A DNA stretch of 10,649 bases from Hadesarchaea archaeon (GTDB lineage Archaea; Hadarchaeota; Hadarchaeia; Hadarchaeales; Hadarchaeaceae), in assembly GCA_030619825.1 (NCBI GenBank), contig JAUXAS010000028.1, positions 1-10,649 on the forward strand, given 5' to 3'. The notes beneath the pieces were generated by a model. It was not told where the DNA came from. It saw only the letters and a list, made by a program, of their open reading frames with translations, and ran no database searches. Shown here piece by piece: positions 1-6,967 of the stretch. The position numbers were made by a program, and so were the translations under genes. The first letter of the stretch is position 1. Every line of letters begins with the position of its first letter.

Positions 1-119
1 TCATAGTCGGGGTGAAAGACCTCAAGGAAGGAAAGGTGACGCTTCGCGATATGCGTACGGGCAAGCAAGAGCTTGTCGCGCGCAAGGAGCTCGCGGATAA
101 GCTAAAAACGGTGCCCTAA
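1..119 (+). CDS. hisS: C-terminal end (anticodon-binding domain) of a class IIa aminoacyl-tRNA synthetase, most likely histidyl-tRNA synthetase; 5'-truncated by the window edge
   Basis: Not in the ORF track. The frame from position 3 reads IVGVKDLKEGKVTLRDMRTGKQELVARKELADKLKTVP* (TAA 117-119), matching the HGTP anticodon-domain pattern 'IVGxxExxxGxVTxRDxxTGxQ'. The protein ends right after the domain, as HisRS does. ThrRS or GlyRS cannot be excluded from 38 aa. Confidence 0.7.
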   Translation, partial: IVGVKDLKEGKVTLRDMRTGKQELVARKELADKLKTVP

Positions 120-935
120 TTTTTCAAATATACGTTTCATCTCGAGGGAGTCCTTTTCCAGAATAGGTGACTCGGAGATTAGGGTGATGTTGGTCTTTCG
201 CTTGAGCACCTCCCTCGCGAGCGGCTCGAAAGGCGGCTTATTCACCTTGAGCTCGAGGTGACGTCGCTCGTTCCCCTGCCACGGTGCTTTAGCGGGAGTC
301 CACTCCATGCCGGTGAAGTGCGCGTGCAAGTGCTTCAGCTTCAGCGGCTTCAACTTTTCGAATACATCGTTGTAGTCTATCCTCCCCGCCTGCCTCGCGT
401 AGATGTGGGCGAAATCCACCACGGGCGCACATCCCTTGAGCTTTTTGCAAATCTCGATTATTTCATCGAGTGTCCCGAATTGGCTCACCTTGCCGGTCGT
501 TTCCAGCCCCAGCCTTACCTTTTTTATCCCCTTCGCGCGCATTCGGTCGAGCATATCCCGGCAGGCCCCTTCAATTGCGTTGAACGCAGCTTCAGGTATT
601 AGGTTCCCGTAAAAGCCGGGGTGGAAAACAGCAACATCCGCGCCCATGTGGAAAGCCCGCTCGACGGAATCGAGGATGCGCTGCTTTGAGGCATCAAGCT
701 TTTCTTTTTCCTGTGAGCACAAGTTGACGAAATATGGGCAATGGACCGATAGAAGGATGCTTAGCCCCTTCGCAACCCTCCCTGTTTCCTTGGCCATCTC
801 GTTGCTCATCCCAACTCGGCGGACAAACTCAACTTCGAACGCGTTTAGCTTGAGTTCGGCCACACATTTAATGCCCCCGATTGTCGTTCTTTCCTTGCTC
901 ACGGTTGGGATGCCTGCGGGACCCAAGTAAATCAT
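102..935 (-). CDS. nfo: Endonuclease IV-like (AP endonuclease family 2 / xylose-isomerase-like TIM barrel) protein, archaeal type, 277 aa
   Basis: Metal-ligand motifs VHCPYFVNL, VFHPG, LETTGK, VVDFAH, HAHF, ERRH and ISESP. Start moved from 1019 to the ATG at 935 (MIYLGPAGIP): this is a typical family N-terminus, is preceded by GGGGAA, and avoids overlap with the divergent gene. Confidence 0.85.
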   Translation of the reverse strand: MIYLGPAGIPTVSKERTTIGGIKCVAELKLNAFEVEFVRRVGMSNEMAKETGRVAKGLSILLSVHCPYFVNLCSQEKEKLDASKQRILDSVERAFHMGADVAVFHPGFYGNLIPEAAFNAIEGACRDMLDRMRAKGIKKVRLGLETTGKVSQFGTLDEIIEICKKLKGCAPVVDFAHIYARQAGRIDYNDVFEKLKPLKLKHLHAHFTGMEWTPAKAPWQGNERRHLELKVNKPPFEPLAREVLKRKTNITLISESPILEKDSLEMKRIFEKLGHRF

Positions 936-991
936 GCATTCCCCAAAACACTTATGACTGCAGGCAAAAACCTTGCGCTGTGGGTGAAGTA
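936..991. promoter_or_regulatory. Short divergent promoter region between nfo and the CDP-alcohol phosphatidyltransferase gene
   Basis: 56 bp between divergent starts. Weak TATA-like candidates: CAAAACAC-TTATGA (952-957, +) and AAGG-TTTTTG (970-965, -). SD GGTGA at 983-987. Confidence 0.35.
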
Positions 992-1582
992 GTGCTGAGC
1001 AGGGTCCGAGATCGAGCAAGTCGTTTAATGGGGCCCGTGGCTAAAGCCTTTGCAAGGACGGGCCTCACCCCAAACGCTTTTACTTTGATCGGGTTGGTTG
1101 TGGGCGTTGTTGCGGCCCTCCTTTTCGCTTACGGGATGCAACTTCGGGCTGGGTTTGTTCTCATCATCTGTGGGTTTTTTGACTTCATCGACGGCGCTGT
1201 TGCTAGGGTGGTTGGCAGGGAGACAGCGTTCGGGGGAGTACTCGACTCAGTCGTAGATCGGTATGTGGATTTCTTGATTTTTGCGGGCATCATCTACGCT
1301 TTCATCAACGGTGGGCTCGCTGGGGCGGGTCTTCTGCCTGGTTGGGCATGGGGAATTCTAGCCATCGTTGGAAGCTTGATGGTCAGCTACACTCGCGCCA
1401 GAGCTGAGGCAGCTGGCTCAGGTAAGCTAGATGTGGGGGTAGCCGAGCGAGGGGAGCGGATCATCATTCTAGCCGTCGGGGCATTGATTGGATATACTCA
1501 GTACGCAGTGGTTCTAATCGTGATCTTGACCCACCTCACCGTGGCTCAAAGATTGTTCGCCGCGAAGCTCCGCCTGTCCTAA
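992..1582 (+). CDS. pgsA: CDP-alcohol phosphatidyltransferase, probably archaetidylinositol phosphate synthase (PIP-synthase type), 196 aa
   Basis: TPN motif, the signature DFIDGAVAR...GGVLDSVVD (DxxDGxxAR...GxxxDxxxD), and several hydrophobic helices. SYTRARAE and ERGER resemble the inositol-phosphate-accepting subfamily. Start placed at GTG 992 (MLSRVRDR), just after SD GGTGA 983-987; ino1 lies nearby. Confidence 0.88.
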   Translation: MLSRVRDRASRLMGPVAKAFARTGLTPNAFTLIGLVVGVVAALLFAYGMQLRAGFVLIICGFFDFIDGAVARVVGRETAFGGVLDSVVDRYVDFLIFAGIIYAFINGGLAGAGLLPGWAWGILAIVGSLMVSYTRARAEAAGSGKLDVGVAERGERIIILAVGALIGYTQYAVVLIVILTHLTVAQRLFAAKLRLS

Positions 1583-1903
1583 CTACTTTCCCAAAAGTTT
1601 CGAGCTGAATTCCTTTAGGTACTTTATCCCTTCCTCCAGCAAATCCTCGCCTTTCCTCGTTATTTTGTAGTACTTGCGCGCGGGCTTGCCTCGTTGCTCT
1701 CGCCACTCTATCGTGACGTAGCCCCCGCGCTGGAGGCGGTAGAGCACAAGGTAAGAGGTAACGGTCGCGGGTTTCCACCCGAATTGCTCGATTACCTTTT
1801 GTCGTAGTTCATACCCGTACATCGGGCGCTTTTTCAAGAGCTTTAGAAAATAGGGCCATAACAGTTCCACAGTAGTTTTTTTCTTCAACCTCCGAATCGC
1901 CAA
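1583..1903 (-). CDS. PadR-family winged-helix transcriptional regulator, 106 aa
   Basis: LKLLKKRPMYGYEL...SYLVLYRLQRGGYV...GKPARKYYKITRKG is the PadR pattern. TTG start preceded by AGGGGG. Confidence 0.92.
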   Translation of the reverse strand: MAIRRLKKKTTVELLWPYFLKLLKKRPMYGYELRQKVIEQFGWKPATVTSYLVLYRLQRGGYVTIEWREQRGKPARKYYKITRKGEDLLEEGIKYLKEFSSKLLGK

Positions 1904-1930
1904 AAGAAACCCCCTGCTTCAATCAACCAC

Positions 1931-1960
1931 AAGCCTTAAATAGTTTATTTCATGAGCTAT
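1931..1960. promoter_or_regulatory. Bidirectional TATA core plus adjacent imperfect palindrome (candidate PadR operator)
   Basis: TTAAATAG at 1936-1943 on +. The same core reads GAAATAAAC-TATTTAAG on -, about 33 bp from each start codon. ATAGTTTAT-TTC-ATGAGCTAT (1940-1960) has 7 of 9 complementary arm positions. Confidence 0.55.
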
Positions 1961-1975
1961 CTCCAAGGTTGAAAT

Positions 1976-2356
1976 ATGGTTGTAACAAATATACGTTGCG
2001 AAAATTGTGGATACGAGTGGCGCCCACGGGGGAAACCTAAAAGGTGTCCTTCATGTCAAGCTATGCTGGGTGAAACGAAGGTCCGCAAGTGGAAACGCGC
2101 AGAGAAAAAATTGGCAGAGTTACTTGCTTTACGCGGTTGGCGCTTGGAGCCCACAGGTGGACAGAAAATAATCGATGTCCACGCCAAGCGGGCTGGGAGG
2201 AAACTGTTCATTGATGTTAAGTCAGGTCATAGCTATCACATTAGACGTTCACAGCTAGAGGGCTTACTCAAGTACCACGGCAAAACATCAGATGTAGGTT
2301 TCGCTTGTGAAATGGATGGAAAGTTTTATCTCTTCATATTGGAAGATATCCTATAA
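1976..2356 (+). CDS. N-terminal C4 zinc ribbon fused to an Hjc-like PD-(D/E)XK nuclease domain, 126 aa
   Basis: C8xxC11...C24xxC27, followed by AE43KKLAELL..RGW, IID67V and FID80VK82. ATG is preceded by AGGTTGAAAT and a TATA box, and the ORF fills the gap before ino1. Confidence 0.75.
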   Translation: MVVTNIRCENCGYEWRPRGKPKRCPSCQAMLGETKVRKWKRAEKKLAELLALRGWRLEPTGGQKIIDVHAKRAGRKLFIDVKSGHSYHIRRSQLEGLLKYHGKTSDVGFACEMDGKFYLFILEDIL

Positions 2357-2380
2357 TCTTGGATTAGATATGGTGATTCA

Positions 2381-3454
2381 ATGTCTAAAATAAAGGTCGC
2401 GATTGTAGGTGTGGGAAATTGCGCTTCCTCGTTGGTGCAAGGCGTCGAGTATTACAAAAATGCACGCGAGGATCAGTTCGTGCCAGGCTTGATGCACGTA
2501 AACTTCGGCGGCCACCACATCCGAGACATCGAGTTCGTCGCTGCCTTTGACGTCAACGCGAACAAAGTTGGCAATGACCTCGCGGAAGCCATCTTCTCCC
2601 CCCCAAATTGCACAATCAAATTTAGCGACGTTTCAAAACTGGGTGTTGAGGTGATGAAGGCCCCGGCATTGGATGGCTTGGGCAAATACCTTAAACCAGT
2701 GATTCTCGTCGACCCCACGCAGAAGCCGGTGAACGTTGCCCGAGCGCTCGAAGACGCGGACGCAGGTATCTTAGTAAGCTACCTGCCAGTCGGGAGCTAC
2801 GAGGCATCCCGCTACTATGCGCAGCAGGCAATCGAGGCGGGATGCGGATTTATCAACTGCATTCCGGAATTCATAGTATCTAACAAGGAATGGGGGAAGC
2901 GCTTCGAGGATGCCGGGCTGCCTTGCGTGGGTGACGACATCAAATCTCAGGTCGGAGCGACTATCCTCCATCGCATGCTCGCAAAGCTGCTCATCGACCG
3001 GGGGGTCAAGCTCGAGGAGAGCTACCAACTCAACATAGGGGGGAACACCGATTTCCTTAACATGGTCGAGGAGGAACGCCTGAGTTCGAAGCGCGTGAGC
3101 AAGACGGAAGCAGTTTCAAGCCAAGTGCCCTACGAGATCCCCCTTCGAATTGGTCCCAGCGATTACGTTCCCTTCCTGAATGACAACAAGGTATGTTATA
3201 TCCATATGCGGGGCAGCAAATTCGGGAACGTGCCCCTTAGCATCGATGTGAAGCTCTCGGTCGAGGACTCCCCGAACAGTGCGGGTGTCGTGATCGACGC
3301 CATAAGGGGCGTGAAACTCGCTTTAGATCGGGACATCGCCGGACCCCTGATTGGTATCTCGGCATATTTCTTCAAGCACCCACCCGTTCAGATGTCGGAT
3401 GAGGACGCGAGGCGGGCCGTTGAGGATTTTATTGCCGGCAGGAGGGAGCGATAG
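2381..3454 (+). CDS. ino1: myo-inositol-1-phosphate synthase (inositol-3-phosphate synthase), short prokaryotic type, 357 aa
   Basis: VAIVGVGNCASSLVQG Rossmann motif, SYLPVGS, GDDIKSQVGATILHR, QLNIGGNTDFLN, KRVSKT, DSPNSAGVVIDA and YFFKHPP. SD GGTGA at 2372-2376. Confidence 0.97.
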   Translation: MSKIKVAIVGVGNCASSLVQGVEYYKNAREDQFVPGLMHVNFGGHHIRDIEFVAAFDVNANKVGNDLAEAIFSPPNCTIKFSDVSKLGVEVMKAPALDGLGKYLKPVILVDPTQKPVNVARALEDADAGILVSYLPVGSYEASRYYAQQAIEAGCGFINCIPEFIVSNKEWGKRFEDAGLPCVGDDIKSQVGATILHRMLAKLLIDRGVKLEESYQLNIGGNTDFLNMVEEERLSSKRVSKTEAVSSQVPYEIPLRIGPSDYVPFLNDNKVCYIHMRGSKFGNVPLSIDVKLSVEDSPNSAGVVIDAIRGVKLALDRDIAGPLIGISAYFFKHPPVQMSDEDARRAVEDFIAGRRER

Positions 3455-3455
3455 C

Positions 3456-4337
3456 TTGCAGTTCGACACCATCGTGGTCGGACATATAGCGATCGATATG
3501 AACGTGCTACCTTTGGGTGTCATCGAAAATGCCCTTGGCGGGGCGCCGACCTATGCGGGCCTCACATTTGCGGCCCTGAGGAAAAACATTGGCATTGTTT
3601 CAAAAGTTGGCGCCGATTTCCTTGAGAAGTTTCCCCCGATTTACAGCAAGCTCGGCCTGGACACCGAGGGCATCTTGGTGGCGGGTGAGTATACCACAAC
3701 TTTTGAGAACACCTACGACGAGGCGGGCAATCGCAAGCAAGTTTGCAAACACGTGGCGCCGAGAATTTCCCCCGACGATATCCCAGCCGCTTATAGCGAC
3801 GCCCAAAGCTTCTACGTTTCTCCAATCGCCAACGAGATAACGCCTGATATTCTCAAGGCAATCAAGCGTGAGTCGAACCTAGTCATGCTCGACCCCCAAG
3901 GGATTCTGAGGGAGATAAGCAAGGATGGGAAAGTTAAGATTAAATCCCGTGAGCTTGGTGAATTCCTGAAACATGCTGACATAGTAAAAATAGGGAAGGA
4001 GGAAGCGGGGGCACTCGGGGGCGGCGCCAAGGAGATCCTCGAGAGCCTTAGAGCGATGGGGCCAAAAATTGCGATCTTGACCAGGGGGAGGGATGCTTCG
4101 ATGGTGCTTAGCGACGAAGGATTGGTCAAAATAGATTCCCTGAAAGTCGATGCTAAGGATCTGACAGGCGCTGGCGATGTCTTCGGCGCTGCATTCCTAA
4201 CCAGGTATATCGCCACGCGTGATACGTTGGAGTCGGCAAAATTTGCGACCGCTGTCGCGGGGCTGAAAATAAAATACAAGGGCCCCACCGGCTTCCCTTC
4301 TGAGAAAGAGACTCTAAGGGCTTTTAGGAGCTTTTAA
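3456..4337 (+). CDS. PfkB/ribokinase-family sugar kinase, probably ATP-dependent myo-inositol 3-kinase, 293 aa
   Basis: VVGHIAID, LGGAPTYAG, TTTFENTY..GNR, SPIANE, DPQGILR (3891-3911) and DLTGAGDVF (GAGD 4167-4178). Start revised to TTG 3456, 1 nt after the ino1 stop and downstream of GGAGGGAG (3441-3448). The family call is secure; the substrate is inferred. Confidence 0.85.
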   Translation: MQFDTIVVGHIAIDMNVLPLGVIENALGGAPTYAGLTFAALRKNIGIVSKVGADFLEKFPPIYSKLGLDTEGILVAGEYTTTFENTYDEAGNRKQVCKHVAPRISPDDIPAAYSDAQSFYVSPIANEITPDILKAIKRESNLVMLDPQGILREISKDGKVKIKSRELGEFLKHADIVKIGKEEAGALGGGAKEILESLRAMGPKIAILTRGRDASMVLSDEGLVKIDSLKVDAKDLTGAGDVFGAAFLTRYIATRDTLESAKFATAVAGLKIKYKGPTGFPSEKETLRAFRSF

Positions 4338-5761
4338 TAGGTTCGAGCAATCAGCACACTAACTTTCGCCCGTTTGGAGCAAATTGGACAATCACCAGCC
4401 GGAGCCCTACCATCGAATTCCTCTCCAAGCAGGTCCCAGCCCGTTTGCTCCTTTAGCGCCTCCCCGCACGCTTTTCCTCCGCACCAAGGCGCGCGGACTA
4501 TTCCCCCGCGCTTCTGTATCACTCGCTTAATTGTCTCCGTGTCGGGGGCTTCCTTTATGGACTCGTGGAAGAGCTTCCATGCTCGTTCGCGTAGGTCACC
4601 CGTGACTCCCTCCAGCAGTTGCTTGACCTTGGTCTTGAGCACCCCTCTAGGAATCGCTTGTTTTTCACCAGTGTCGCGTCTGACTGCGGTCACCTGCTCC
4701 TTCTTCACGTCTTCGGGCCCCACCTCGAGCCTCAATGGGACCCCCCGGCGTTCCCAGTAGTAGAACTTGTTGCCGGGTCGGAGGTCGCGCTCGTCGAGAT
4801 GGACCCTCAAGCCGGCTGCTGCGAGTTCGTTTTTGATCGCGGTTGCAACCTGCTCGACTGGAACTTCCCTGCCTTTGAATGGGATCGGCACAATCACGAC
4901 TTGAATTGGCGCGACATGGGGTGGTAAGCATAGGCCAACATCGTCGCCGTGTGCCATTATCACCGCGGCTATCACCCGCTCGGAGACACCGTAGCAGGTC
5001 TGGTAAACATAGTGTTGTTTCCCGCCAAGGGCCTCGTACTTGAGCCCATATACCCTCGCAAAATTCTGCTCGAGGTTGTGCACCGTACCTATTTGTAACG
5101 TCCGTCCATCGGGCGCCAGCGTGTCGAAGGCGAGCGAGTACTTGGCGCCGGCAAAGGTATCCCACGGGGGGCGCTTGGTCACGACATAGGGCACACCGAG
5201 CTCGTCGAAGAAGCGCTTGTAAATGTTCACAGCCTCCCGCACTTGTGCCTCCGCCTCCTCGGACTTGGCGTGGGCGGTGTGAGCTTCCTTGAATGTCGTC
5301 ACCTCTCGCAGCCTGATCATTGGTTTGGTCATCTTCGTTTCGTAGCGGAAGATATTGACGATCTGGTAGATCTTGATCGGGAGGTCGGCATGGGAGCGGA
5401 TCCAGAGCGCGAATATGGGATAAATGGAGGTTTCACTCGTCGGGCGCAACGCGAGCTTGACATCGAGCTTGTCCCGCCCGCCGTGCGTCACCCAGTAGAC
5501 CTGCCCCTCGAACCCCCGGATGTGCTCAGCTTCCTTCCTGAAGATGTTTTCGGGGATGAGCTGGGGAAAGAGTACCTCTTGGTGGCCGCTCTGCTCGAGC
5601 AGCCCGCGCATGATTGCGAACACGAAATTGCGAAGCTTCAGCCCGTGGGGGAGCCAGACGAAGAGCCCTTTAACCGGGTAGCGGGTCTCCATGATGTCGG
5701 CATTGCGCAAGATGTCGCTGAACCACTCGCTGAAGTTGTGTTGCAAACGTTCGCGTTTCAT
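4334..5761 (-). CDS. proS: Prolyl-tRNA synthetase, archaeal/eukaryotic type, 475 aa
   Basis: LRPTSET, FRYETK, KEAHTAH, QIGTVHNL, QTCYGVSER, LPPHVAPIQVVIVPI, anticodon domain, a C-terminal four-Cys domain (WCGGKAC...CPIC) and terminal ARTY. SD GGTGA at 5773-5769. Confidence 0.98.
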   Translation of the reverse strand: MKRERLQHNFSEWFSDILRNADIMETRYPVKGLFVWLPHGLKLRNFVFAIMRGLLEQSGHQEVLFPQLIPENIFRKEAEHIRGFEGQVYWVTHGGRDKLDVKLALRPTSETSIYPIFALWIRSHADLPIKIYQIVNIFRYETKMTKPMIRLREVTTFKEAHTAHAKSEEAEAQVREAVNIYKRFFDELGVPYVVTKRPPWDTFAGAKYSLAFDTLAPDGRTLQIGTVHNLEQNFARVYGLKYEALGGKQHYVYQTCYGVSERVIAAVIMAHGDDVGLCLPPHVAPIQVVIVPIPFKGREVPVEQVATAIKNELAAAGLRVHLDERDLRPGNKFYYWERRGVPLRLEVGPEDVKKEQVTAVRRDTGEKQAIPRGVLKTKVKQLLEGVTGDLRERAWKLFHESIKEAPDTETIKRVIQKRGGIVRAPWCGGKACGEALKEQTGWDLLGEEFDGRAPAGDCPICSKRAKVSVLIARTY

Positions 5762-5796
5762 ACCAATTTCACCAGCTTATACATTTATTGAACTTG

Positions 5797-5804
5797 TTTT
5801 TAAA
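5797..5804 (-). promoter_or_regulatory. Candidate TATA box for proS
   Basis: The minus strand reads TTTAAAAA about 25 bp upstream of the proS SD, in an AT-rich intergenic region. Confidence 0.5.
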
Positions 5805-5846
5805 TGCAGACCGAAGATTTGGTCGTAATCAAGTGTATAATAGGAA

Positions 5847-6920
5847 TCATGGTTGTTTTGTGAGTAGCTTACGCCTATCTTTTGTCACCAGCACCATATC
5901 CTCCCAACGGGCGCCACCCAAACGTGGCACATATATGCCGGGCTCGACGGTAATGACCATTCCCTTGCGCAAGATATCTTTCGAGTCCGGAGCTAGACCC
6001 GGTGGTTCGTGGATCTCCGTACCGACGCCGTGCCCCATACCATGCGGGCAATACTTGGCGTAGCCGGAGCGGGAAATCACGGCACGCGCGGCCCTGTCGA
6101 CCTCTCTAACTTTCATACCATCACGAACTCGCGCTATCCCAGAGGTCTGCGCGCGCTTGACAATTTCAATCAGCTTGAGTTGTTTTTTCGTCGGCGAAAG
6201 GGCAAAGGTCCGCGTCATGTCGGAGACGTAGCCCTCACAAATAGCACCCAAATCGATGACCAAGAGTTCCCCCCGCTTCAGCCGTTTCCTCGTCGCGCTG
6301 GCATGGGGTAACCAAGAATTTCTGCCCGACGCGGCAATCGTGGAAAACGGCGTACCTTCGGAGCCAGCTATTCTCATCTCGCGCTCGGCTTCCGCGGCAA
6401 CCTCCAGCTCAGTTCGGCCAACCGCGACCGACTCCGCTGCGCAACGCATGCCATTCATAGCTATCTTTGCAGCCCTTTGCAGCAAGGTCACTTCTTCCTT
6501 CGACTTTATCTTCCGGAGCTTGAGCATGAGTTCTGGTAGCTCGCGGTAGCTCGCGGCGTGGGCAGCCCGCAATTTCCGCACGAGTTCTCTCCCCCCACGA
6601 TCGTAGCCAACGGCCCGGGTGCCGAACTCTCGCAGGCAATCAACGAGAAGTTGCCGGGGCTCGCAAAAGCTTACCCGCTCTCCGGGTCGCAGGGGGGCCC
6701 TCCACCTTGAAAAGGCCCGAACATCGCGAATCCAGCCTTCTCTCTTGGCTTGGTCGAGCTCGAGCCTGCTGCAGATGAGCACGGGAGCTCCATCGGCGGG
6801 GACGATCACCGCCTTTGCCGCCGTCGTACCCGCCAAGTAGCGGGTGTTCTGGAGGGCTAGAAATGCGTCCAGCCCACGTTTGACAAGTTCAACCTTCAAT
6901 TTCCTAATATGCTCTCTCAA
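5847..6920 (-). CDS. pepQ: M24B-family Xaa-Pro aminopeptidase/dipeptidase (prolidase-like), 357 aa
   Basis: Creatinase-N-like N-domain. All five metal ligands are present (IDLG, SDMTRT, GHGVGTEIHE, EPGIY, RWEDMV), plus the LPH substrate His. TTG start after GGGTTGAAAT. PepP and PepQ cannot be distinguished by eye. Confidence 0.9.
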   Translation of the reverse strand: MREHIRKLKVELVKRGLDAFLALQNTRYLAGTTAAKAVIVPADGAPVLICSRLELDQAKREGWIRDVRAFSRWRAPLRPGERVSFCEPRQLLVDCLREFGTRAVGYDRGGRELVRKLRAAHAASYRELPELMLKLRKIKSKEEVTLLQRAAKIAMNGMRCAAESVAVGRTELEVAAEAEREMRIAGSEGTPFSTIAASGRNSWLPHASATRKRLKRGELLVIDLGAICEGYVSDMTRTFALSPTKKQLKLIEIVKRAQTSGIARVRDGMKVREVDRAARAVISRSGYAKYCPHGMGHGVGTEIHEPPGLAPDSKDILRKGMVITVEPGIYVPRLGGARWEDMVLVTKDRRKLLTKQP

Positions 6921-6967
6921 ATTTCAACCCGCTCAAGTTTTAGGCTGCTGGGTAAAAATCTTCTCCT
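6921..6967. promoter_or_regulatory. Interdigitated divergent promoters for the peptidase and methyltransferase genes
   Basis: GAAGA-TTTTTA on - (6958-6953) and CAAG-TTTTAG on + (6938-6943). The + box is about 25-30 bp from ATG 6968, which has no SD, consistent with a leaderless mRNA. Confidence 0.4.

Noticed and set aside
881..1019. Apparent head-to-head overlap of the 102..1019 and 881..1582 ORFs
   Set aside because: An artefact of longest-ORF calling. Family N-termini and SD sites place the starts at 935 (-) and 992 (+).
1923..1972. TCAACC...GGTTGA inverted 6-mers flanking the divergent promoter
   Set aside because: Only 6 bp, and the right arm is explained as the SD of the nuclease gene.
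2346..2371. Small inverted repeat TAATC-TTG-GATTA with a bulged ATATC/GATAT extension between the nuclease gene and ino1
   Set aside because: Short and AT-rich with a 3-nt loop, and unrelated to the 1940-1960 palindrome; compatible with chance.
992..3454. Di-myo-inositol-phosphate (compatible solute) pathway interpretation
   Set aside because: No inositol-1-phosphate cytidylyltransferase gene or fusion is present in the window, and the transferase motifs look like the lipid PIP/AIP-synthase type. Disfavoured rather than excluded.
3351..3455. N-terminal extension of the kinase overlapping ino1, or an ino1-kinase fusion
   Set aside because: The extension has no kinase-like sequence, ino1 ends with a normal C-terminus and stop, and TTG 3456 has a strong SD.
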